From contig CAZCNE010000002.1 of assembly GCA_964500515.1 (NCBI GenBank), positions 109,180 through 173,179 of the forward strand: a DNA stretch of 64,000 nucleotides, read 5' to 3'. Under the pieces are notes generated by a model. It did not search any database, had not been told where the DNA came from, and was given only the letters and a program-made list of their open reading frames with translations. Positions within the stretch are counted from its first letter, which is position 1. Each line of letters starts with the position of its first letter. Source of the stretch: an uncultured Candidatus Peribacteria bacterium (lineage in GTDB: Bacteria > Patescibacteriota > Gracilibacteria > BD1-5 > UBA6164). Below are positions 1 to 12,358 of this stretch, piece by piece. The position numbers were made by a program, and so were the translations under genes.

Positions 1-1
1 T

Positions 2-244
2 AAAACTTCTCAAGCAAATATTTCTACTCAAAACAAGATAAATACACAAAATTTAGCAGAGCAAGCGCAGAATAATAATTCTTGACGAATAAATAATTCC
101 AATAATAATCAAATTCAAAATAATATAAACACACAAAATAACAATAATGTAAATAATGTTTCTCAAATAAATACTTGAATTAATTTACAAAATAATAATA
201 ATAATAATGTCATAAATACAAATACAAAAAACACTAATTCTTAA
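2..244 (+). CDS. 3' end of a gene entering from upstream; Asn/Gln-rich low-complexity C-terminus
   Basis: The frame is open under code 25 from the window edge to TAA at 242-244. It reads ...QNNINTQNNNNVNNVSQINTGINLQNNNNNNVINTNTKNTNS*. Two in-frame TGA codons are read as Gly. Confidence 0.4.
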
Positions 245-253
245 AAAATAAAT

Positions 254-472
254 ATGACTATAACAACATTGGAATTATTGTATATTGTTTTAATTATTTT
301 TACTATAATTCTTTGAACTTTATTAACTATAATTTTGGTAAAACTTATTAAATTTATGGAAGTTTTGGATGATATAAAACACAAATACGAAAAAACATCA
401 AATTTGATAAGTGCTTATGCTGCAATTCCTATGGGATTTGTGGATTCTTTAATATCTAAATTCAAAAAATAA
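254..472 (+). CDS. small membrane protein (72 aa), unknown function
   Basis: ATG 254 to TAA 470-472. The start MTITTLELLYIVLIIFTIILGTLLTIILVKLIKF... gives one hydrophobic helix, with one TGA (Gly) inside. No family recognised. Confidence 0.5.
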
Positions 473-503
473 TATTTGAAATTTTGTAAATACTAAATTA
501 TAA

Positions 504-535
504 ATATAATCTTTGTAATAGAGATTATATTTTTT
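504..535 (+). terminator. intrinsic terminator hairpin
   Basis: 9-bp stem ATATAATCT (504-512) / AGATTATAT (522-530), 9-nt loop, then TTTTT (531-535), just after the stop at 472. Confidence 0.5.
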
Positions 536-547
536 ATTGTAAAATTT

Positions 548-2377
548 ATGTGAATAATAAAGAAATTACCAAAAATTTTGATAAATCAAATTGCTGCTTG
601 AGAAGTTGTTGAAAGACCGGTTTCAATTGTAAAAGAGTTAGTTGAAAATTCTATTGATGCCTTATCTACTCAGATAAAAATAGAAATAAAAAATTGATGA
701 ATAGATGAAATAATAATTACTGATAATTGAATTTGAATAGTAAAAGACGATTTAGAAATTCTCACAGAAAAACATACAACATCAAAAATCAAAGATTTAA
801 AAGATTTGCACAATATTATGACTTTTTGATTTAGATGAGAAGCCTTAGCTTCAATTTCTTCTGTCTCAAAATTTAAAATTATTTCTAAACAAAAAGGTGA
901 TTTATGATGATATTCTATGGAAGTTTTGGATTGAGAAAAACAAGAATTGAAAAAAGAAAGTTTAAGTTCTTGAACAAAAATTATTGTAAAAGATTTGTTT
1001 TACAACACGCCAGCAAGACTTAATTATCTAAAAAAATGAAAAACAGAATATGGTCATATTTATGACTTTATAAATAATATTGCCTTAGCTTACCCAAAAA
1101 TTGCTTTTGAATTTATAAGTGAATGAAAAACAATATTTAAATATAAAGAAAATGATTCTTTAAAAACTAGAATTTATAATATATATTGAGAAGAATTTTA
1201 TGAAAATTTATTAAATTTAGATTTTTCTATAACTTGATTACAAATTTCAGGTTATATTTCAAATCCTAAAGTAAATTTTTCAAATAAAAATAGACAACTT
1301 ATACTAGTAAACAAAAGAATTATTAGTTCTCCCCTAATTTTCAAAGCAATAAAAGAAGCTTACAATAGATTTATTCCACACAATAATTTTCCTGCTTATA
1401 TATTAAATCTTCAAATTAATCCTGAAGAAATAGATGTAAATGTGCATCCAAGAAAACTTGAAATTAGATTTGCAAGAGAACAAGAAATTTATAAAGCTTT
1501 TTATAATTCAGTTTTAAATAAACTTGAAAATTCTAGTTTAATTAGTAAAAAATGAGATTTTGAAGACGAAAAATGAGAAATAAACAATTATAATTTTTGA
1601 AAAAATGAAAATTTAAACTCAAATTTAGTTAAAGATTTAAAAAATAATTATTATTCTTGATCTTGAACTAAGTTTAAATCATATTCTCCTTACAAAAACA
1701 CAAGTCAAAACCCAAATCAAACTAGCGTAAAAGATGCTATCGCTTTTTCAGAAGCTATAATTTGAAATAATACTAATTTAGAAGTGTCAAACGATTTACA
1801 TTATACAAAACAAGGAAAAATTATATGACAGGTTTTTAATAGTTATATTATAGTTGAAAAAGATAATAAAATCATAATTTTGGATCAACACGCGCTTGCT
1901 GAAAGAATTATTTATGAAAAATTATTAAAAAAAGAAAATATAAAAAATTCTCAAAGACTTTTAATTCAAGAAAATATCACTTTAAACTGAAAAGAAAAAG
2001 CTATTTTAGAAGAATATAAAGATATATTTATAGAAATGTGATTTGATTTTGAAATCCTTTGAAATAATTTAATTTTGGTAAATGCAATACCAGAATTTAT
2101 AAAAAAAGAAAATATAAAAGATATATTTTTATGAATAATAAATGATATTGATGAATTTAATTCAAATAAATCTATGAAACTAGAAGAAATAAAAAACAAA
2201 ATTTTTGCTTATAGTGCTTGTAGAAGTGCTATTAAGTTTGGAAATAAACTTAATTTATTTGAAATGAATAAGCTTTTAAATGACAGTCAAATAGTTTATA
2301 GTTCTACTTGTCCACATTGAAGACCTTCTATATTTGAAATTTCATTAGAAGAATTAAAGAAAAAGTACGATAGATAA
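548..2377 (+). CDS. mutL: DNA mismatch repair protein MutL
   Basis: N-terminus [38 protein letters not shown] (MutL GHKL motif; the Gly of AAGEVV is TGA 599-601). The C-terminal STCPHGRPS motif is in frame at 2309. About 609 aa under code 25. Confidence 0.9.
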
Positions 2378-2440
2378 TAGATTTGTATTTAATATAAATT
2401 TGTATTAAAATAATATTAGATTAATTATTAATAAGTTTTT

Positions 2441-2830
2441 ATGTTGTATGATTTAAAAATATTTGAATGAGTTGAGGAATATTTAGTTGATAGAATAATA
2501 ACTGAAGCTCCTAAAGAAATTTATAGCAAATGAGATATTATATTAAATGAAGGAGATAAAACTAATTGAAAAGCATATGTAATTGATTCTTGAAGTGTTG
2601 AAGTATTTCATGATGGAAAAAAAATAAGTGAATTATGAAGATGAGAAATTTTTTGAGAAATGGCATTACTTAGAGAAGAAGATAGAAATGCTAAAATAAT
2701 AGCAACAAGTGATGTAAAATTAATTGTTTTAAATTTAGATGATTTGATAGAAATTATAAACAATGATGATAACTTGATAAATAAAGAAATTATGAAAAGA
2801 ATCAAAGAAAATATAGAAAACGAAAACTAG
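2441..2830 (+). CDS. standalone cyclic-nucleotide-binding (CAP/CNB) domain protein, 129 aa
   Basis: The phosphate-binding-cassette-like block GEIFGEMALLREEDRNAKIIA follows GDIILNEGDKTNGKAYVIDSGSVEVF. ATG 2441 to TAG 2828-2830. Confidence 0.75.
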
Positions 2831-2849
2831 AAATTTTTAATCTTTCAAA

Positions 2850-3254
2850 TTATTTAAAAATAAAATAAATCCATTTTTGGAAGTTTGTTTTTGTTTTTAA
2901 TTCAATATCATTAGCATTATCAATATTTTCAATATGTGCTTTTTTGTAAGTTTCTTCATAATTTGGATTTGTATACTTTTCATATTCTTTTTCATCAGTA
3001 AGATACATGACTTTTTCTTTTTTATTTTTTAGACCTTGCTCTTGTTTCATAAGTTTATTTTTATAAGCAAAAGTACTTTTATAAACGATTAAACTTTCTA
3101 TTTCATCAATACTTTTTTTTATATCTTTGTTTAAGATTTGTATTTCTTCAATATATGAATTAATTTTGTATTCTCTATATTTATAATTAATTACAAGAAA
3201 TAACATATAGAAAAGAATTATAATTAATATAACGAAAATATATTGTTTTTTCAT
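2850..3254 (-). CDS. N-terminally membrane-anchored protein, Lys/Glu-rich C-terminal part, unknown function
   Basis: This ORF is intact even in the standard-code track (134 aa). It starts MKKQYIFVILIIILFYMLFLVINY (one TM), followed by a charged, probably helical region. Confidence 0.6.
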   Translation of the reverse strand: MKKQYIFVILIIILFYMLFLVINYKYREYKINSYIEEIQILNKDIKKSIDEIESLIVYKSTFAYKNKLMKQEQGLKNKKEKVMYLTDEKEYEKYTNPNYEETYKKAHIENIDNANDIELKTKTNFQKWIYFIFK

Positions 3255-3324
3255 AATTAATGTGATAAAATTACATAAACTTATTATAACATTTTTTAAA
3301 TAAAAATAAACTAATTTTTATTTT

Positions 3325-5367
3325 ATGAATATAAATATTAAAAAAAATAAATTTCTCTTATCAATATTTTTTGGAATTTTAGTTATAGTTCTTATATTTT
3401 TTCCAAATTTTTACACTATAAATAAAAATATTCAAAAAAATATATTTAATTATTCTTCATATATTAACAAAGAAATTGTAGTAGTAAAAATAGACTCAAA
3501 TACAACTAAAAAATTGTGAAATTTCCCATTTGATAGAAAATTGTATTCAAAACTTATAGAAAATTTAAATAAAGCTTGAGCTTCTGTCATATGATTTGAT
3601 ATAATTTTCGCAGATAAAACAAATTCTTTATCAGACAAAAATTTTGCTGATGCTATTAAAAAAGCTTGAAATATAGTTTTATGATGAGCAACAAAAGAAG
3701 AATGATCAATAAATTGAGTTTTTGAAAAACCTTTAGAAATATTGGAAACTAATAATCCAAGCTGATATTTCGATATAATTGTTGATCCGGCAATATGAAA
3801 TGTTTTTTCAGTTTTGTTAAGTAAAAAATTTTTTAATTGAGAATTTGAATATTTTTGAATTTCTATATTAAGAAAATATTTTTCTATAATTTACAAAGAT
3901 AATTCTTATCTACAAAATAAATTATCATTTTTAAAAAATGAAATTAAATTAGATAATATAAAATTACAAAATTCTTGAAATAATCCTCATGAATTAATAA
4001 TAAATTATGAAAAACTTCCTTTTAATAGTTATTCCTTTTTTGAAATATATGATGATTATATATTTTCTTGACTCCAAAAAGAATATTGAGAAGATTTTTT
4101 AAAAAATAAAATAATTCTTGTCTGAGCAACTTTAAAATGAATTGATATACAAAAAACTTCTCAAAACAATGAAGAATATTGAGTAAACATTCATGCAAGT
4201 TTTTTAAACTCTGTTTTGAATAACAATTTTTCAAAATATTTTAATAAAAATTTCGAATTTTTATTAATTTTTATTTTTTCTATTTTAGCAATTTTTATAA
4301 ATTTAAATAAATGAGTAAAAAATTTAATACTTAGTAATGTTCTTGTTTTGTTTTTAATAATTGTTTATTTTATCTCTATAAAAAATTTCAAATTAATTTT
4401 AAATTACCCTTTTGAATTATTTTTAGCAATTATATTATCAGCAGTTTTTTCAAATATATTGAAATATTTATTTGAAAATAAAGATAAATTAAAACTAAAC
4501 AAAGCACTTTCTGAATATGTTTCAAAAGATGTTGCTGAAGAAATATTATCTTGAAAATGAAGCATAAACTTAGAATGAGAGAAAAAAAGAGTAATTACTT
4601 TTTTTTCTGATATAGAAGGTTTTACTTCAATTAGCGAAAGATTTGAACCAGAAGACTTAATTTCATATTTAAAAGATTATCTTACTGAAATGTCAGAAAT
4701 TATCATAAATAATAAATGATTCGTAAATAAATATGAATGAGATGCAATATTGGCTCTTTGGTGAGTTTTTTGAAAAACTGATGAAAGTATTGCAAAACTT
4801 GCTTGTGATTCAAGTTTAAAACAATTAAAAAGATTAGATGAATTAAACGAAATTTGGCAAAATGATCCAAGAATTTGAAAAATAAAAATAAGAATTTGAT
4901 TAAATATAGGTGATGCTATTTTATGAAATATATGAGCAAAATGAAAAAAACTTGAATTTACAGCCATTTGAGATAGTGTAAATTTAGCTTCAAGGCTCGA
5001 AGAAATAAACAAATACTATGGTACAACTTTTTGTGTGAGCGAAAATATTTATAATGAAACTAAGGATTTTTATGAATTTAGATACATTGATAAAATAAGA
5101 GTTATATGAAAAGAAAAATCTGTAGATATCTATGAATTAATCGATTTTAAATGACAAATCAGTAATGAAGAATCAAAATTTATAAAGGATTTTGAAAATG
5201 CTGTAATGCTTTATCAAAACGAAAAATTCAAAGAATCATATAAAGAATTTGAAAAAATGGATTCTAAAAGAAAAGATATCAAATTATATAAAGATAGGTG
5301 TCTTTATTATATGCAAGTTCCTCCTCCAAAAGATTGGGATAAAGTTTGGACTATGACTCAAAAATAA
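3325..5367 (+). CDS. CHASE2 sensor domain / class III adenylate-guanylate cyclase, membrane bound (680 aa)
   Basis: CHASE2-like N-terminal part: VVVKIDSNTTKKLGNFPFDRKLYSKLIENLNKAGASVIGFDIIFAD. TM helices occur mid-protein. Cyclase motifs are ITFFFSDIEGFTSISE, KYEGDAILALGG and EFTAIGDSVNLASRLE. Frame checked at 4591. Confidence 0.85.
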
Positions 5368-5718
5368 TTATCTTCTTATTTCAATTATCGTTCTATAATA
5401 AATATTTTCAATTAAATTTTTAAGCTTTTTTTCTTTGATTGTTAAAGTTTTTGATTCATATCTATCAAGTAATCTCTGAGAATTATATTTCAGATTATTT
5501 AATATATTTGTTTTATTTGAAGATAAAGCTATATCAATAAAAAACTTTTCTAATCTTTGATTCATTTTTTCTCAATCAATAAAATCTTTTTTTATTTGAT
5601 CTCTTGTCAATATTGCTTGTTTATATAAAGCAAACATATCTGAATCTGAGCTTAAATAAGCTCCTACACTTGAAAAACTAAACAAAAATATACCAATAAA
5701 TACTAATAATTTTTTCAT
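5368..5718 (-). CDS. small secreted/anchored protein (116 aa), unknown
   Basis: Extends the track ORF 5368..5565 across one TGA to ATG 5718. N-terminus MKKLLVFIGIFLFSFSSVGAYLSSD is signal-peptide-like. Confidence 0.55.
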
Positions 5719-5728
5719 TTTTTTAAAT

Positions 5729-5761
5729 AAAAAAGTAATACTATAATTGTATTACTTTTTT
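5729..5761 (-). terminator. intrinsic terminator hairpin downstream of the 5790..7826 gene
   Basis: Stem GTAATAC (5735-5741) / GTATTAC (5749-5755) extended by flanking A/T runs, with a 7-nt loop. Confidence 0.5.
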
Positions 5762-5789
5762 ATTTTTGTCAAGAAAAATATTTAAAGAA

Positions 5790-7826
5790 CTAGTCCATAA
5801 AATCTTCTCATGGGAATATATTTTCTATATTTTCATAATTTGTTGGAGCATTTATTTGTATATTTGTACCTTGACTACGTTCATAATCAGAATCAATATT
5901 GATTTTTATATATCATTCACTTGAATAAAAATCCACATAATAATTAACTTTTCACAATTTATTTATATCTCATTTTATTTTTATGTTTAAATTTCAGTTA
6001 GCAATATCATTATCATAATTTAAAGAAACTTTATTATTCATCTCAAAATATTCTTTTTGTAAATATTTTCAAGTTGTTAACAAATTAAATTTTTCTTTAT
6101 CATTTTCTTTATAAATAGCTATTCAATTTATTGTTTCATTACTTAAGTTATAATCTAGATCAAATGTAGAATTAACCAATTCTTGTTTTGACTCTCAAGT
6201 TTTGTAATCATAGTTACTTTTATTAAAGCTATTTTTAGCAAAAATATTGATATTAAAACTATTTAAATTATCTTCTAAATCAAAAGCTCAACTTAAACTT
6301 CATTTTAATTGTCAAGTAACTTGCTCACTAAATTTATTTGTAGAAGAATCAAATTGATAAGTTTTCAAAACACTATCAAAACTTCCCTCAAATTTTTTAT
6401 TTTGATAAATAAATTTAGAATTAAAACTTCCTATTTTTCAAACATAATCTATTTTTGTAATTTTATTATCAGAACTCAATAATGTCTTAAGAGAAATATT
6501 TGTTTTACTTGAATTTACATTAACTACAAAATCTAATTGTTTTCAGCTAAGAAAGTAAAAACTTATATATTCTCAAGCATATTCACTAGATTTTGGTGAA
6601 ACCTTATAAGACAATTCAGAAATCTTATTATTTTGATATGCTATTTTTAAATCTCATTTCATATCATTAGAATCTATATCAAATCAAAAATAATTATTTG
6701 TTCAATCTATATTAAGATACATATCTCCGTTTTTTATAGAAGATTTCAACATATCAAAATATTCTCACTCGCTACAAAAACTAGAAGAAGATTTTATAAT
6801 TTTGCTTCATATATATTTAATTGTATCACAAGCTTTTTTTGTAGGATATAAATAATATTTTGTTCATTCTTTTTTATAAGCTTTAAACATAGCTTCTCAA
6901 AGAACTTTGTTTGCACTTGAATATGTAGAATTCAAATCAAAAGATTTAAATAATTCTATAAAATTAGCACTAGCTTTATCTTCTATTTTTAAATATGTTT
7001 GTTTTTGAGCTAATTCTTTTAGTTTAGCTAAATATTTATTTACTGTTTCATTATCTATTCAAGAATAATTTAATTTGTTTAATAAAATATATATATTTCA
7101 ATCTTTATTTATAAAATTTACAAAAGAAGAAAATTGAGCCTTAAATGCTTTTTCTCACTTAATACTTGCATCAATAAGTAAATCAACTTGTGATTCAAAT
7201 TCACTATTAAAAGTCGCTGTTTTTGATTTCATATCTGTCATATTTAGATATCAACTAGCAGAACCAATCATCGCTCAAGATCATTCAACATTGATTTTCA
7301 AATTTCATTTTTCTTCAACATTTAAAGAATCTTTTAAATTATTTAATAGATTATCAACAAATTCTTTACTAGAATTAAGCAAGCTTAATTGTAGTTTTAC
7401 TACTTCTGCTTCAACTTTTTTCATATCTTCTGATCATAATTCTGGATTTTTTATTTGATTTATTAAGTTCAAAGCTTTTGCTGTAATTAAAGTATCTAAT
7501 CTTTTTTTAACTACTAATTTTATATAATTAACCAATTCAAAAGCTAATCACTCATTATATTTATCTTCTAAAACTTCAATTCTTTCAAGAATTTTATTTA
7601 GAGTAGATTCATCTTTTATAGAATTAATCAGATTATCAACTTTAGATAATTTGTTAATTAAACTAAATCCTCCTTTATATTCTTTCATTGACTCAATAGA
7701 ATATTTGATTTGAGAATCAAGATTTTTTGTTTCTTCACTTATCAATTCTGCTACAGCAAAACTTGTATGTATAGAATTTAGTAAAAAAGCAAAAATTAAA
7801 AATAAACTTAATATTTTTTTCTTCAT
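5790..7826 (-). CDS. secreted protein, 678 aa, unknown function
   Basis: Starts with signal peptide MKKKILSLFLIFAFLLNSIHTSFAVAE. The frame stays open through many TGA codons to TAG (5790-5792). Length is divisible by 3. The N-terminal third is helical and Lys/Glu-rich; the rest is Asn/Ser-rich. No family recognised. Confidence 0.7.
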
Positions 7827-7860
7827 AAAAAATTGTTAAAAAATAAGTTTATTTATTATA

Positions 7861-9564
7861 CTAATAAATAAATTTATACAAAATAAGTTTTTCTCAATTC
7901 TCTTGAAAACTTACTATTTTATTTAGTGATTTATTTTCATAATTATCAAGAAGTAAAAAAACAAGATTTGGTCTATAAGTCTTGAAATCTAAACTATCTA
8001 CAACCAAATATTTAATTTTATTGTATCTTGCGTATTCTATCAAATTTTCAATATTGTCAGTATATGGAGTTAGCCATCTTTCTTTGGTTCAAGAATAATA
8101 AGTAGTTATAGGAAATCTTTCCATAATTTTTAAATCTTCTTGGCTTTTAAATTCTTGTTTTAACCAAATTCCTGCTGTTTTTTTTATTTCATATTTATAA
8201 TCATTATTTTTTACAGAATTATAATAAACAAAATTTCATAAAAAATAAAATGAAATTATTCAAAAAATAATTAAATAATTAAAATATTTTCAAAGTTTTA
8301 TATTTTTTATACCATAAACTAGCAATACCAAAAATAAAGGCAAAAATATAATAAAATATCTATTTAATACAAAAAATAATGTAAAAAATAAACTTGCAAT
8401 TAGAAAAAAAGAAAAAAAGATTATTAAAAAATCATAATTTTTATTTTTTATCATCATATAAATTCAATACAAAACAAGAAATAAAGGAAAAATTGAAATT
8501 ATAAAAAATAAATAATTTTTATATAAAAAGGAATCTTTTGAATTAAATAGATTTTTTGCATTTCCAGAAATAATTTCAGGTAAATTTGAAAAATAAAGCT
8601 TTTTTTGATTTTTCAAGATTCTTAAAAATGTATCAAAAGGTTTTTCTAAAATATAATTTTTTATTCATTTTGTTTCTTCTCATTTATTGTATTTTAAACC
8701 TCAAACAAATCATGATTTTAAATAATGATTATCAAAAGTTAATTCTCAAACAGCTTGTTCAAAACCTTCATCATCCATTTTTTCGCTTCATCTAAGTTCT
8801 GCTTGTCTTAAATTTGCACTTCATTTATTTGTTAATCACCATTCTCAAGTTATAGAATGCAAATGAATTAAATAAGGGAAAATTATCAAAAAGAAAAAAA
8901 ATACTAAAAAAAATGATTTTTTAAAAAAATATAATAAACGTTTTTTTGTAAAAATTGTTTTATTGAATGGAATAAGAAAAAAAATTAAAACAACACTTCA
9001 AATGTATATAAAGGCTTCTGCTCTAGTAAAATAAAGCAAAGCTAAAAAAAATGAAATAATAAAAATACTAGATATTTCTTTTCAAATTTTTAATTTCTTA
9101 TTTTCAAATTTCATCAAAATATAATATATAAGCATCAAAAACAGAGGAATATAAATATTTTCAGATAAAATTGTTATATTGAAATCAAGTAAAATAGGTG
9201 ATAAATAATATAAAACAATAACTAAAATAGAATATTTTTTATCCAAAAATAATTTTGAAATTTTGTATAAAAAATAAGCTCATATTCAAAATAAAATTAT
9301 ATTTAAAAATAATGTCACAAAATACTCATTTGGTAAAACCAAAATTGAGTTAAATCAAGCAATTAATAAACTATAAAAAAATCAAAACCATCAAGTTCAA
9401 AATCATTCTAAACTAAAATTTTGGAAATGATAAGACATCTGTAAATACGCAAAACTATCAGCATTTTTTAATATTTGATTTATTTGAAAAAAATAAATAT
9501 GAAAAATTGATCAGAACAGAATTGTCAAAAATAATGGAAAATATTTATTTGAAAAAAGTTTCAT
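7861..9564 (-). CDS. GT-C fold glycosyltransferase (family 39/83, PMT/ArnT-like), polytopic membrane protein
   Basis: 567 aa. N-terminal MKLFSNKYFPLFLTILFGSIFHIYFF...NADSFAYLQMSY...GTGWFGFFYSLLIA matches the first-loop Asp motif pattern of PMT/ArnT enzymes. Many TM helices, then a soluble C-terminal domain. Confidence 0.6.
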
Positions 9565-9565
9565 T

Positions 9566-10915
9566 TTATTTATTTAATTTAGTATTTAACGCAATATATG
9601 CTCAATAAATCATAAAAAGTGGATAAACTGTTCAAGCATCTTCAAAAGCATGACAAACCACAGCCATAAGACAAATACTTATAAAACTAGAAAAAATTCA
9701 AATACTTAAATAATCTTTTTTATTTTTTACTATTTTAAATAAATTTAGAGCTAAAACTATAAATAAGCTTATAAAAATAGAAAAACCAAAAATACCTTGT
9801 TCAAGAGCAATTTGTACATACCAATTTTCAGGAAGAAAATTTGCAATTGCTGATGTTGATTGTACCAAAATTTGCCAATTTCAAACAGATTCTAAACTTT
9901 TTCAAATTTGGCTTGCAGGTCAAGCGACTCATAATCAATATCAAATAGGATTATAAATTAACATTTCTACAGATTTGATAAGATTTTCAAATCTATTTAA
10001 AATAGCTTCTGGATGTAAAAATAAATCAATCTTATATATAACCAAAGCTATAAAAGCAAGTATAAAAAATCAAGAAATTATATAAATTTGCTTCTTTTTT
10101 AGTCATTTTTTAAAGATATATTTTAAAACTAAATATATAAATAAAGCTAATCAAAAAGCTAATCCTATAATTGTAGTTTTACTATATGAAAAAAATATAG
10201 CAGGTATAACAAATAAAGAAGGAATTAGTATAGTTAAAATTTTACTTGTGTTGGATTTATACTTTTTATTTAAAACAAAACCTAGATAAATTAAATAAAA
10301 TACTACATAAAATATGGAAAATGTTATTGGTCAACCAAAAGTTCCTTGAAATCTATGTTGTCAGTTAACATTTTGTGCAAAACTTATACAAGAATTTGCT
10401 TTATAAGTAGAAACTTGATCAGAATATCAAAATATATGACTTAAACTTGAAATATCTCAAAAAATATACCAAGGTAAAAATATAACTAAAGCTGTAAATC
10501 CACCAAAAAAAATTGTTTTTAAAATTAAATTGAAATTATTTTTGATAAAACTTAAATAAATTCAAATAAGCATAGAAAACAAGAAAAAAACATCATATTT
10601 AAATCCTAAAAAATTTGAAACTTTAAATTCAAGATAAGGAAATCCTATGTAAAACAAAGAACTTATAATAAAAGCAATAGTTAATCAAACTAAGTAATTT
10701 CACTTTAATTCCTTAGTTATATTTTTCTTTGAATGAAAAAATTCTATCAAAGTAGTAAAAAGTAAAATTATAATTAAAATTTCCTTCCAAAATCTAATCA
10801 AATTTGTATCAATTCAAAATCTACATTTTAGTGTTGTAATCATAAGAGCATGAAATGGCAACAAAAAAATAAGTAGCAAAAATATTATTTTTAATAATTT
10901 ATTAATAGCTTTCAT
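9566..10915 (-). CDS. O-antigen ligase / Wzy_C family membrane protein
   Basis: 449 aa, polytopic. The block LPENWYVQIALEQGIFGFSIF resembles the conserved Wzy_C loop (xNxYLQxxxExGxxG). The stop at 9566-9568 sits two nucleotides before the start of the next gene. Confidence 0.7.
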
Positions 10916-11006
10916 AGTATATAAAATAAAAAATGTTTTTATAATTCTACAAAAATAAAGTAATTTGTAAAGAGTATTTTAAGATAAATATTTTTATAAA
11001 ATTCAT

Positions 11007-12170
11007 TTAATTCTCATTTTTAACTATCTCTTTTATTCTTTTTTCAAAATTTGATTCATCAAACTGAAAAGCATGGTCTTTTATAAAATTTTCATTGAAA
11101 AAATTGTGTTTTACTTTTTTATCAAATTCTCTAAATTTAGAGACAAAATCATATCAAGATTTATCATTAAAAAAATTTCAAGTTTTATCCTCTAAAACAG
11201 TTTCCAAAAGTCATCATCATCTATAAGCAAAAACTGGTTTTCATGCTGCCATTGCTTCAATTGGAACAATTCAAAAATCTTCTTCTCATGGAAAAATAAG
11301 TCCTAAAGAGTCTTGAACAAGTTCAACTAAATCATCTCAATACATAGCTCAAGTAAATAACATATTATTTCATTTTACTTTTGACTCAAGAACACTTCTA
11401 TAATTTCAATCTCAAATTATAACTAAATTGTTTTCAGGAATTTTATTGAATCACTCTATTGCTATTTCTATTTTTTTAAATTCAGTTAAAGCTGAAATTA
11501 TAATATAATAATCTAGTTTTTCTCACTTTATACTAAGAAATTTTCATTCTAATATTTTTCATCTTACCCTATTTTTTGATAATTTTTTCTGAAATCTATT
11601 TGTTTCAATTGGCGGATAAATAATTTCTGATTCTTTTTTATAATACTTTTTTACTCTTGAGGAAGAATTTTTACTATTTGCTAAACTTATATCACTTCTT
11701 TTACTAGCTATATAATCCCATTTCCTAAGATTTAAAAATAATTTATTTAATACCCATCATTTAATTCAAGAATTCCATCAAATGTCTTTTTTGTATTCAT
11801 TTGTCCAATCCCAAAGATATCTAGCAGGAGAATGATAATAAACTATAAATTTAGTTTCTGGCTTTGTTATAGCTCCATGAGCAAATCATGAAGAAGAACA
11901 TAAAACTACATCATAGCTTGAAAAATCCAAACTCTCAACTGCTTTTGACATAAATGGAAGACAAAATCTTTGATTTTTTGTAATATTGTAGATTCTTTGT
12001 GTAGATTTAGCAAATTTAATTTTTTCTTTTGGAAATACTTTTCAAACTTTATTTTCATCATAAATTAGAGTATACAAATCTGCTTCAGGAAAAATATCTA
12101 CAAATTTTTCAACTACCTTTTCTGCTCCTCACAATTTCACAAGCATTTCATGCAAAATAGCTATTTTCAT
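11007..12170 (-). CDS. glycosyltransferase family 4 (GT-B)
   Basis: 387 aa. Starts MKIAILHEMLVKLGGAEKVVE. The C-terminal EX7E region reads [31 protein letters not shown]. Confidence 0.8.
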
Positions 12171-12312
12171 AAAAAATTATAAATCGTAAAAACAATTAAA
12201 CAACTGGTTTAATAATAAATAAAATATTATATAATCAAAACTTATTTTGACTTTTTTTAAAATAATTTATACTTAGTAAAGAAAAAAATTGACAACTTTA
12301 TTCATTTTTTCG

Positions 12313-12353
12313 TTTTATCGTTTATTCGCTTTATCTTTTTATAAATTTATCAC
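12313..12353 (+). promoter_or_regulatory. TTTATC(G)-repeat motif immediately upstream of the PfkB kinase gene
   Basis: TTTTATCGTTTATTC (12313-12327) is an exact 15-mer also found at 46378-46392, with one mismatch at 28044-28058. Further TTTATC copies follow at 12330-12335 and 12346-12351. Confidence 0.4.
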
Positions 12354-12358
12354 CTTTT

